Shown piece by piece: positions 1 through 12,000 of a stretch of DNA of 64,000 nt. Positions within the stretch are counted from its first letter, which is position 1, and each line of letters starts with the position of its first letter. This DNA comes from Phallusia mammillata (lineage: Eukaryota): the NCBI GenBank assembly GCA_965637545.1, contig OZ281498.1, forward strand, positions 4,340,001-4,404,000. Direction: 5' to 3'. Under the pieces are notes generated by a model that did no database searches, had not been told where the DNA came from, and saw only the letters and a list, made by a program, of their open reading frames with translations. The position numbers and the translations under genes are program-made.

Positions 1-3000
1 GATGCATGCGCATGACGTAACGTCGGTTGCCATGGAGAAGTTAGAAAGCCCGGTAATGTGTTCATTTTTGTTTCGCAATGGTCTCTGTGTGTCCATTTGT
101 GTGTTGTTGAGTTGCGTTAGTGGTTGTATTCACCGGCGACTGTGCTGTCCATTATTTCATCACACAACTTTGTACATGGCGTTGTGCAGCAACGAAGCTC
201 CAGTTTGGAGGATTTTTCAAATATGCAGTGGGGCGACTTCTTTGATGATATTCTCAAACCAAAGTCGGTAAGAACGACTTTATCTGCGGTTTTTGTTGCA
301 ATGTTTGAAAAACTTTCGAGTCGTCCAAGTCACTTTTTCGTTGTAACATTTACCTACTAATTTGTATTAGGGCGTTTTGTGTGAAGGTACAGTTTAGATA
401 TTTCTTTGCTTTATTACTTTCCGCTTTACTCAGCTTTCTTTGTTTATTTTTTCACGCCTTGTCAGCCTGGTACTATTTGGGACATGGAAGCAATCGAGGT
501 AAGGTTCAGAGTATAATCTGTAAAAACAAATTTCTTGTATAATAGGTTGTACTGAACAGATTTTTTTCCATAAACTACATACACCATTTTGTTGCTATAT
601 ATCACAACGCGCTACTGGCATGTTTGCTTTAGCCACCATGCTGCATTTTGCTATTGGCTGCTAGAGCGCATTACAATAAATTGCAGCTTTATCGAGCAAC
701 GACTTTGACAGTTGGTTTGCGCAAGGGTCGTAAACAAATATTGAGTTACTCTGTACATTGTTAATATATTGGTCGAAACTCGTTATGACCCCCATCTACC
801 ATTTGTTCTTGTGTTTCAGCAAACAAAGAACACTGTACCGGTCGCATCCACCAGGTAAGCTTTTCTCGCTTACGTGCTTAAGCCGAGGTAACGTTACACT
901 ATTTGTAAAACAATGCTCGAACAACGTTTCGCTGTGAGTGTCTTCCATGTGAAAAAGTCACTCACAATTAAAATCGCGTGATATTTAAATCTGCTGCATT
1001 GTCAAGCAGTGTAATTTATTGCTTGATTTGATCATGTGATTTTTAGGCAAGTTGACAACATTCCCGTTTCCACATTTTAATTACATTTTACTGAAAGAAT
1101 TTGACTTATGTTGTCACTTATGTCCAATTAAAAATAATACACCTATAATTATGACTTTAGGAAAAAATACTTTTGGAAGCCCTGACCACAAGCCACGCCA
1201 ATAACGAACCATAATAGCTGCTTAGGCACCGTATAGTACATTAATGTCGTTATGCCGGTCGATGCAAATCGCTTTATATAAACCGAAGCATGGCGCCGGA
1301 AGAATATAGGAAATGGCGCTTGATGACGTAACACGGCCACAGCACGTCCAAAACGAGAACGTCTCCACGGTACTGTTGTGTGGCGGATAAACATTCTTGG
1401 TGCGCGTAAGGCGAGGTAGTTGGTTGAACGTAGGCTCGGTTTGTTACTGTTGAGTTGTTTTAACAGTTACAAGCCACCAGCGACAAGAAAGACTGCTGCA
1501 GTCCCTGATACCGCGGCCTCAGCTTCCTCCTATACCGCGTACAGGAACGCCATGTCAGGTACGTCATCTGTGTTGTTAATTGCTGCTGATTACTTGCTGC
1601 TGTAATGGAGATGTGTGTGCATGTTTCTTGGGTTTCATTCGACGCTTATAGTGAGTTGTAACAGTGATTCTGGCAAAATTTACATTTTAAAATTTAAATT
1701 CATTCACATTTGATAGACTGGAGTGTAGGCATTTTACAGCACTCGAACTTTTGCCTTGTAGGTTACAAACTTCTGATACGCATGTGGTAATCGTTTAATC
1801 CCGTTTTAAACGCTACTTCTTTGTTTGATTAAATGATTTTTAAAGGTAGAATTTGCATTTCAGGCCAGACCAAATCACCTCACCCTCATACAGCAACAAA
1901 GCATGGCAAATCAGACGAAGTAAGTTATCTCCCAAGAGTACTGACAGTATAATGTCTAGAGACCAATATATTGAACATTTCCGCTTCAATACAGCTGATA
2001 GACTTACCCTGTTTTTGAAAGTTGTTTCAACGCAGTAATGTAATGAGTTGCCTGGTTAACAAACAGTTAAACTATTGTGAATAATGTGTATGAAGGTTGA
2101 CTTTCACTATAACTATATATGACTACACGGGTACATATAAATATTTTAAGGTGCTTGACGTGAATGTGTAGTGCGTGACAACAAATTAGGCCAATTTACA
2201 AAAACATGATGTATGTGATGATGCCACCCACACGTCTGTTCTGTCAAAATTTCCATTACTTTGTTGCTGTCAATTGCAACCCATTGTTTTTTGTCAGGCA
2301 AACAAGTTGAGGCAGCCGGCACGTGCTAAGTTTGACTTTTCGGCTCAAACGTCAAAGGAGTTGTCTGCCAAGAAGGGCCAAACCCTAATAGTGACACGCA
2401 GGGTTGATGATAATTGGTACATGGCTGAAACTGTCGATGGAATGAAAAGCGGAATAATACCTGTACAATACATCGAGGTAAGTTTTCTTATAGGCGTTGT
2501 AAGAAAATAAAAAATTTTTACATTTAGTACAGCCCTTAAACTTTTTCGTTTTGCTTTTCTAGATCATATCTACCACAGTATCACCCCCAAAGCCTGTTCG
2601 AAATGGCCTGGGCAAAGCCAAGTTCGATTTCACAGGCAAAACCAAAGTGGAACTGTCATTCAAGCAAGGAGACGAGATAGCACTTCTTAAGAAAGTCGAC
2701 GCCAATTGGTGGGTTATCTCTGACGTCAGTGTGTCGTCTACCATGTTAATCATCGTTTATCGGGTGCTCGCCCGTTATGTCACAATACCTTAGTTGGAAT
2801 CGGACTCAAATCGTGCTAAAAATAGTCTCCATGCGTAAAGCATTTTGGTTCTTGATGTTGTGTAGTAAATATTTGATGAGACTCGATTTTATAGATTTGC
2901 GAAAGCTTTCAGTAACGGACAAGAGCTGCATTATTTATGTTTTTATTGTTACTGGCCAAAAAGATCGGCAGAAAGTAAAAGCTTTGGTTTCAAATCTCAA

Positions 3001-6000
3001 GTTTATTGACGAATCTCCTGAATGATTTTCTGATATCGATTTTGGAAAAACTTCCAATTTTCGAACCATTTTGAAACTTTTAACTGAATTCAAAAGTCCA
3101 CTTTAACATAAGACGTCGTTAAAAATACTCACAAAAAATGTCTGCCCTTTGAAGTTCAACAAATCTGGGTTGCTTACATTTAAAATGATTTGGTAAAGAT
3201 CATTGGTATTACACAACAGTTCAAAGTTTTAAACAAATTTTTATGAATCAGGTACAAGGGTAAAATTGGGGGAATCACCGGAATTTTACCAGCTGTCTAC
3301 GTTGAAGTCGTCGTTGAACCGGAGTCAGCCGAAGCGACAAAGACCAAACCAAAAGTTCCGAAAGAATTAGAGGTTTCGCCTAAGACGACGACGTCACCGC
3401 GTACCACGTCATCATTGTCGTCACAGCATTCGCACTCGCTCAGTCAAGCAAGTTCAAACAGCGACCCTGACGGTACGTTTTAGTGCAGTTTTGTCCACTA
3501 TAAATCATAGTAGGCTACGTCAGGCATATTAAAGGGGAAAATCTACTGACACCATAACTCACGTCAGTCGCACATTTAGCTAATTTTCGACAGGTGGCGC
3601 AAAGAGCACAAATCTGATTGAAAACGGAATATTTCAAAATATGCCTGCGGTTAGGGCTATTAGGGTTTTGGCTAGGTATGATCATTATAAATTCAGTGAA
3701 ACTAACCCAAAAATTTTAGTTCTTAAAGTAAAATAAACTTACTTCCCAACCCTACCCCTATTTAGCCGCTAAATAAATAATTAAGCTCCTGCGCCTTCGA
3801 TGGAAAATTAGCTAAATGTGAGGCTGACGTAAGTTATGGCAAAGCACATGGTTAAAACATCTACCGGTGGGATTTTTCATCCACGACACAACCCTTTTCG
3901 GGACTTGCGCTCTACCAACTAAACTACACAGGCTCAGTGATGAAGCCGCTGAAGGTCACATCATAAGCACCGTTGCCCTCCTCGTATGCTGCACATGTTT
4001 TTAGAGAGATTTTACAAGATTTAGGACATCCTTGTTTAAGTTTCTCTCTCTTTGACACAAATTTATTTATGAATTCCACTGGTTTGGTGACTTTTGCGCG
4101 TTTTTGTTTGGACTTCTACGCACTTGAATGTATAAATGGTGGCTAAAATGTTAAGGTGGTCAAAATGTTGTGGCCTGTTGCTTGATCTTTTTAGCTCGGT
4201 GCAATTGCCCCCACTAGATGGCCGAAAAAGGTCAAATAACTAAACGAGGAAGTAGGAAGTTTGCTGAATTAAAGGAAGTTTGCTAGATTACTGTCCATTT
4301 TATTGAACTTTTTTAAAATGAGCCTATGGTAGTGTTCGGATTTATAATTGTAGTGTTCTAGCTTTTCCAGGGCCTATAATATCGAAATAATTTATCCTTA
4401 TCGCTTTTATTATGGGTCCCCTTCCCTGAAGGGACACATATTGATTTTACTCAAATTGTTTGTTTTCTTTTTTTTCTTTTTTTTTTCTTTCTTTTTTTTT
4501 CTTCCCAAAGTTTGTCCGACTCGTTTTTCCATCAAATGTTTGATGGATTTGGCCGAAATTTACACAGATGGTAGATATAGTTATGTAGATGTGCATCCCA
4601 CTTTTTTGTTGTTGATAACCCCAGTATTTACCCCGCTAGCCCCCTAAAATGGGTATTTTTTCCCCGAAGTTTGTCCGACTCGTTTTTCCATCAAATGTTT
4701 GATGGATTTGGCTGAAATTTACACAGATGGTAGATATAGTTATGTAGATGTGCATCCCCATTTGTTTTTGTTGATAACCCCAGTATTTACCCCGCTAGCC
4801 CCCTAAAATGGGTGTTTTTTACCCAAAGTTTGTCCGACTCGTTTTTCCATCAAATGTTTGATGGATTTGGGTGAAATTTACACAGACGGTAGATATATTC
4901 ATGTAGATGTGCATACCACCTTGTTTTTGTTGATAACCCCAGTAATTACCCCGCTAGCCCCCTAAAATGGGTGAGTTTTTAAACAGTGTCAAATGGATAG
5001 CTTGTATAGTATGCCATTTATAGGTGTCGATTGTTGTGTTCAACCCTGTAGTCCTAACATTTACCCCACAAGCCCCTAAAGTGTAAAACGTATTTGTATG
5101 TTACTGGGCATCACAAACGAAAGATTTCTGTGGCGCAATAGTGTTACAAGGGCAACCAGTTGTATGTTGCTCGTTGGTGGGTTGCTTGGTGGACGTTTTT
5201 GCGTGGCAGTTAGGGGCTTGGTAACAGCCCTATGACGTCAGAAACATTAACGGTTGTTGCTCAAAACACCTCTAGTGGTCGAAATTTTTGAACATTGGCG
5301 GATTTGGCTGAAAGTTTGCAGTACTATTGATTAAGTCATTGTGGTTTTTTAGTTTGTGTGTCGAACCCAATTAGTTACCCTACTAGCCCCCTAAAATGGG
5401 TCAGTTTTTTAAAACGATAAATAGGACATACTTCAAACAATATCTGGGGTGAATCTAATTTTATAGTTTGTATTCTACATAGTATTATTATTTATGCCCA
5501 GTGCCGATCACTGTGTTTTACCTTACAACACCCGACTTTCTCATGGTTATCTCTTGAATTGCATTATTTTCAACTTTGCATGTGTGGGGACCCATGAGTT
5601 TTTGCCTGCAGAAACGACTAAGGTTATAAAAGACGATGGCTAATATGGGACCCAATACAAAATAAGCATAGGAAATATATTACTGTTTTAAAATAGGTTA
5701 TAGTGTAAATGCAACAACAAAATGTGCTAACCAACCCTTCTAGTTTGATTACATTTTGTTTCCTTTACCAGAAAACGAACGCAAACAGCGCGCTGCCTTT
5801 CTTGCTCACTCTGTCGTAGACGCAACAGTCCAACTCCAGCCCAAAGACTCGCACAAACATAGAGGAGAATTTGACTTATCCGAGCTCGACCGAGTTGTTG
5901 ACGCGCTCAACGAACCGCAAGCAACCACCGGGACTGATGGGAATTTCCCAGCACCCCCACCCGCTCAAACCCTTCTCGCCCCATCTGTTCCTTCTTACCC

Positions 6001-6268
6001 TTCATCAAACATCAGCTCACAGCCATCTAGCCCCCGTTTGCAGACCCCGCCCCCGAACGCCCCCGAGATCGACTTCGGTCAGGTTATCGGCCGCTATGTG
6101 GCGCTATACGCTTACGAGGCGTCCAATGACGATGAACTTGACTTGGTCGCCGGTGACGTAATAGTGGTAGTAGAAACCTGTGACGACGGCTGGTTCGTCG
6201 GCACGTGTCAGCGTACTGGTGCATTTGGGACTTTCCCGGGCAATTACGTCACGCCAGCTAACTCTTAA
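1..6268 (+). CDS. SORBS: SORBS/CAP/ArgBP2/vinexin-family adaptor, 3' portion (gene starts upstream of window), three C-terminal SH3 domains
   Basis: GT-AG exons at about 1-52, 190-267, 466-498, 820-854, 1468-1558, 1864-1919, 2298-2477, 2563-2709, 3253-3472 and 5771-6268 splice in frame. SH3-1 is [36 protein letters not shown]3-2 is [33 protein letters not shown]|YKG. SH3-3 is [52 protein letters not shown], which matches the recalled third SH3 of vertebrate SORBS proteins. Family-level symbol only. Confidence 0.88.
3534..3880. mobile_element. MITE-like non-autonomous DNA transposon (same family as 19508-20352)
   Basis: Left end GGGGAAAATCTACTGACACCATAACTCACGTCAGTCGCACATTTAGCTAATTTTCGACAGGTGGCGC. 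An inverted copy (GAAAATTAGCTAAATGTGAGGCTGACGTAAGTTATGG) lies near 3800-3840. A related copy is in MCO1 intron 11. Superfamily not resolved. Confidence 0.6.
4405..5625 (+). mobile_element. Helentron/HINE (DINE-1-like) non-autonomous element
   Basis: Subterminal inverted repeat TGGGTCCCC (4413-4421) / GGGGACCCA (5586-5594), T-rich flank, internal pyrimidine tract (4462-4500) and internal tandem repeats. This architecture is typical of HINEs. Fragments of the same repeat recur at about 41770-41840 and 42280-42310. Confidence 0.5.
4504..4980. repeat. Three tandem 159-bp repeats
   Basis: Unit starts CCC(A/G)AAGTTTGTCCGACTCG at 4504, 4663 and 4822. Confidence 0.95.
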
Positions 6269-9012
6269 CCTCTAATTTGCATGTTGTCGCGCTGCTTGTG
6301 TTGAAAATGATGTTGTTATATTTTAATTTTTTGCTGGCTTTGTTTTATGTCAATAACGCAGAGTAACATTTCTGTAATTGTTTGGTATCGAATCCCAATC
6401 GAAAGCCTGAGTATTTCTCGCAAGTGTTGAATTCTCGAATCGCTTTTGTACCCACCGTAAATATGTTTGCACTAATAATATCTAGATTGTGGAAAACCTG
6501 TAAACTAATCATTTAAACTGCCATTGTGAAGCTGCTGGATCGAGCTTGGTGCGCATGTAAATCGTTGGTGTTGCGGCAAAGTACTGTTTAAATTGCGTAC
6601 GGATGTACATAGCTTACAGAGAAGAACTTTTATGCGGAAGTTGTGTGCGCTTGCTTTTTAATCCCAATTGCCTTTTGCGCTTGCTCTGCACTTCTGTGAC
6701 AATGTGACCTTGTTATGGTGACAACACTAAAATGCTTCTATGTGTGAGTGTGGGTTAGAGTTAGCGATTAGAACTGTTTTAATCGGTACGGCTTGCTATC
6801 TGTGTTAAACCAAAACCACCTGGTCCTTTAAGGGGGATTTATGGCTCCTCGCTATCGGCGACACCGGTTAAAGTATTAGCAAACACAACGGGCACAACAC
6901 TTCATGTTAGGTTGACAACCACAAACGGCGACATTTAACGATCCTAGTGGTTGCGATTTCCTCGCTGTAAATTGATGTGATTTACTGACAACACCTTACG
7001 CATGTCGATGTATTGTTTTGGACGTTGTGGACCTTTCAATGCATTATCTTTGCTAATGTGATCAAATACAATCTCGCTCGCTCTTATGCAGTTTGTGGCA
7101 AAATGCAGAACAGTAATCCATTAGTCTGATTCTTGATACAACGTTTAGTTGGCCTTTTGGTGTGATATTTTTTAGGCATATCAGTGCAGACCAAACACCC
7201 GACCGCATTTTAATGCTCGCGAGTGTACTGTCATGAGCATAGGACAACCCTTGACAATTTTGCCACCAGCTCAAATCTTATGTTTTGTGCACTTACAGTG
7301 GCTAGAAGTGGTAACACAACAAGAAATACACCGAACTGATTATGGCGCCATAGACACGTGGCAATGCAAAGTACTTGTTAGGGAAACTGGGCTGAATAGT
7401 CCTAGGCACGTACACAATTCTTAACGACTGCACTATGACAATGTATTCAGGAGCATCGTGGGGACAAACTCCGTAAAAAAGGTTACAAGGTTGTTTGACT
7501 TGGACAAATATTGGGCAACATTTTAAATCTTGCACGAAGTGAACTTACCGACTGTTAAATTTGCGATAAAAAGAGCAAGAGATCTTTTTTTATTCACGCA
7601 ACTTGGATTGAAATAAGCTATTGCTGCCAGGCATAATGTATAACCAAGTATTGCTTATCCAGTAGTTTTATTGTAAACAATCGACGTTTCGACGTCCTAT
7701 ACAAGACGCCATTGGATTGAAAAAGTTCATTCAAGAATCAAGGCGTTTTGAAGCACAGAAACTAGCATGCATTGAATCACTTCAAATCGCCAGCATACGT
7801 CATAATATCAGAATACATAGACAGGCAGGAAGAGGAAATTTTCCGCAGTGGTACGTAGTTACTTGCGGGAAACCGAAAGCAGTGTATAATGTCAACTTCG
7901 GGTTTTTATTTAAAGAATTGTTGTAGTTGTGGCAATTGACACTTAATGTAAGTTATAGGCTAAATTTTCTACCAATGCCAAGTACTAAATTGTAACTGTT
8001 AAATTTAATGGTTTCGTGTTTTTTTTGCATAGTGCATAATTTATTTATTTTTTGATAAGATAACTATTATAATCGTAGGTATTCGGGTAATGCAACCTAT
8101 AATGTGGCCTAAAAAAAGTTTGTTATCCCATGGTGGTGTTGTATGGTTAATAATTATAACTTTCGAACAGACTAATCCAAAATTTGTCCCAAACTGCTAA
8201 CTAAAAATAATTCTGGTATTGGACAGTTTATCTTTATGTGTGGCGTGACCTTACAGCGGAGGTCATGTACCAGTCAAACACTTGCAGTCATTGTCTATTG
8301 CACCTTTTAAACGTCCGGTTATTGAATCACAATAGGCTACAGGCCAGTACAGGGCACAAAGTTTCTTTTCAGAGTCAACAACGTAGTGTTTACCTACATG
8401 CGCCGTTACTGCAAACCAGCCCATGGTATTGCGAAGAACCGTTCCTCTAACAAAGTTGCGGTGGGCGTTTGTTCGGTTTATTCGACGCGTGCTGTTAAAA
8501 GTTCCACCACCAAGCCATGAGTATAGCGAAGGTTAGTCATGTCTGCGTAGTACCAACCGCCTGTCTTCAGAGCGCTTTGCGTCAATTTGTGCGACTTCCG
8601 TGTTTGTGCCTATACGTTGGGAAGCTGTAGTGTGCTGTACGTGTGTATCATAGTAATGTGGAACAATATTGCGTTATAATGCATTTTTTCAGAACCCTGA
8701 CCAATTACAGCGATATGTATTACCGTGATGAGAACAAGAAGTAACCTGTGTAGGGCCGTGTTCGCCTTTATGCATACGAAGAAAAACAGAGAGCTCAGCA
8801 AACAGTTAAAAAAGAAACTGATTTCGTTTCATTTTAGGTATCAGTTCCAGTACTAACACTAGAAATCTATGTTTGCCCCGGTGCTCTTATAATTGGCGCC
8901 TTGAAAATCAGAAGCCGATAGTTCAAATGATTAAGGCTAAATACTCGATGCTTGTGTGTTGTTTAAGGAATCGCATTGTTTTTTGTGTAAATTAACAGTC
9001 AACTGTTAGACA

Positions 9013-12000
9013 ATGGAAAACGCACTTAGCGAGGCTTTGCACCAAATTAAAGGTAAGTGACAAGAGAGTTTACAAGCAATATTTGCACACATGTGCCTGC
9101 TGTTCACGCAACCTGATTTATGTCCATACAATGTAAACAAAGATCAGGCTATCAGTTACGCATTGTGTAAGCTTAAGTAACTTTCTGTCTGCTGTTTATC
9201 TTGTATATTAATGCTTTGGTTTGTTTAGCTGCAATCGAATTTCTGGAGAAGATAAAGTTAGACAAGAAGTTTCGAAAGGACAAAGACGACCTGCTAGAAA
9301 ACCTACGGCGAACCCTTCTAACGTAGGAATTAATTTAATTACGTTGTAAAACAAGACAAACATTTGCTCTGTTGTTAAACTTACATCTTCTTTTCAGTTC
9401 ACAAAGTTACACAGCACAAAATCAGGTACGTGTAGTAAAATAGCAAGTTTGTGTTGTTTGTGAAAATGTTTATAAAAACACTAATGAACTGTTTTTAACA
9501 TAGGCATCAAATGGCAGCGCAAAAGGTAAGTAATTGTTTTCTTAATAGTAATGTGTGCCATAGTAAGCTACATTTCCTGCAACTTAGTTTTGGTTCAAAA
9601 TTTCATAATTTTTCCCTATGTTACATAATGTTATTGGTTACGTAATGACTTGACTTTGTTAACAGGAGGCAACAACGACCTTTATAATGACGTTGAAGTA
9701 GCGCAAGATGGAGAATTTTACAATGACGTCAGAGCTGGTATGTTTAGTACATCCCACTGCCTTCCAACATTTTCGTGTTTAGTGTTTCTTGATTGTACTT
9801 TAGTATTCGTAGCCCTAAAACCAATGCAAAAACCCGTATGTTGAGCATAGACCAGTATTTTAGAAACGCTAAAATTAAAAAAATGCTAGTGAAACAAAAA
9901 CTATGTTTAGGACGTTTAAAGCATTTTTGTACGCTCGTCTATTGCAATGGGCCGCAGTGTTTCTGTAGTGTTTACAGCAATAAAGAGGTGGTCGAGAATA
10001 AATAAGCAATTATAAACTGCTGAAAAAATCTAGACAGTTTAAACACAATACAGCAAAAGAAAATTTCGGACATATATGTATATCTGTAATCGTACAACTT
10101 AGGCAATTTGGTGAACTAGTTTGGTAATATTTTTTTCTAAAATCCCATGTTTATAAACTGGTGCCGGTTTCATAAGCTTGAACCGTATTTTTTTAAATAA
10201 ACAACACGACGAAAAATGTTTGACAACCACCGTTTTGTTATAATTCATCACATTAAACTTTGTCGTTTCTTGAACAGAAGCAGCACTTGAAGCCACATAC
10301 AACGAAAACGAAGCAGAAGACACATCAGATTTTTACACGGACACAGCTACAGTAAATGCTGGTGAGTCGCACTTTTCAACTTTCACTTCCTTGTTTGCGC
10401 CAAAACAACAGTTGACATTACCGCTAAGGCCAAGACGATTCATCATGCACCGTACTTGTAACTTCCTTTAAAACAGTTGTCTAAAGGGTAACATAAAATA
10501 TCCATTCCCTTCAAAGAACACCATATTTTTAGATGACAAGCACTCAGTCAACTCCACAAACTCCGCACCAGTTTTTCGTAAGTATAATTTAGTTTGCATA
10601 TGGGTACAACTGGTTTACCTTATTATGGGAGTTTTATTTTATAGCTCCAATTCCTTGCGACCAATTGTCGGACGCTTCGATTGCGGAGTTTTTGCAGGTG
10701 AAACGGGAACGAACGTTGTTGACTGGAGGTTGGAGCAAGAAATGGTGCGTTCTTCATCACAATGTCCTCTATATTTACGAAAGTTCAAAAGGTTTGTATA
10801 TACTTTTTGTGAAAAGAACTGCTCAAATACTTTGGTTTAGTCTTTTTTATGTTTTTTTTTCGTGTCAAAATGTTTAATTATTGAAGCTATAGTTGATATC
10901 ACTAGGCTTAGTTTTAAATATAATTTGTAACGCAAAAAAATTACAGAGGCAAAAATACCTGTTTTGTACTGTCTATCTCCTAAAATTAAACGTTACTAGG
11001 AGAAATGATCGAAATCAAAATGTCGCGATTTCCAAAAGTTTAATCCTTTGCATAATTTTACTGCTATGTGGAAATGGACAAACAATGAAACATGATATAC
11101 CGTGCTTGCTTTTCAGATAAGAAACAGAAGGACGCCATCGATCTTCGCGGTTACGTTTTTGAAACTCGTGAAGACATTACGCGAGAGGCAAAACGCAAGG
11201 ATCGGTGCTTTGAGCTGAAAAACGACCAACAGAAAAAGACATACGATGTAAGTATTTTTTGGTAAGGTATATTACCCAATGAATCAACTTTTTCTGTTTT
11301 GTTACAGTTCTGCGCCTCAGACAAAGAAACTATGATACGATGGAAAACTCAACTGCTTAAAACCAATGTCGTTGGTAAGTATACTGAAAACTGTTGTGAC
11401 AGAATTAAAGTAATTGCTAACAGCATTTTTGGGCAAAGGAAACAACTCAACCCCAGACACAGTCAGTATGAAAAGCGACAACGCTGAAGGTGATGGATCA
11501 TCAAAACCAAAATCTTCCTTGTTTGCGGGTAAATCACTAAACCAAATAGTTTTTTTCACACAGTGTTTCCATCGCAAATCGTTGTTTGTGAATTTACTTC
11601 CAATTGGCTAACATATTAAGCTGAGTTGAGTTTATTTCATTTGGTTAAAGAACACATAGCAACGTTGTCGTGAACAAACACCAAGCCCAAAATAGCTGCG
11701 CAACGTTAAAGCACTATGGAGCGCAAAAGTGGATGGCACAATTGGTGGATCATGATTAAACGCACTGCAGATACTCTCACCAGAGAGTGGGTTTGGCGCA
11801 CTATGAGTATAATACGATTGGGGAGAACGTTGGTGTAACCATATAACGAGATTAGTCCTGAGTTAAAGACAATCCAAAATCACATTTTTGTGAAATCGTT
11901 TGTTTGAAAGAGAATGTTTCAACATAGTAAACCGGGTTTTTGTTTCGTCAATGTTGACAGTGCTAAAACGCTTGTCTCATGGTGTAGCGGGGGTCGGCAA

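Noticed and set aside
3645-3760. TTAGGG/CCCTA-like words (also ~19605 and ~44510)
   Set aside because: Too few and degenerate to be telomeric; the copies at 3645-3760 and ~19605 lie inside MITE bodies.
7682-7712. CGACGTTTCGACGTCCTATACAAGACGCC, similar to the hammerhead at 20860 (also a weak echo at ~15310)
   Set aside because: Lacks the CUGAUGA core on the relevant strand; at best a decayed relic.
6268-9013. SORBS-SKAP same-strand pair as an ascidian-type operon, or SKAP-Hox synteny
   Set aside because: The ~2.7-kb spacing is unlike tight trans-spliced operons, and no Hox gene is in the window.
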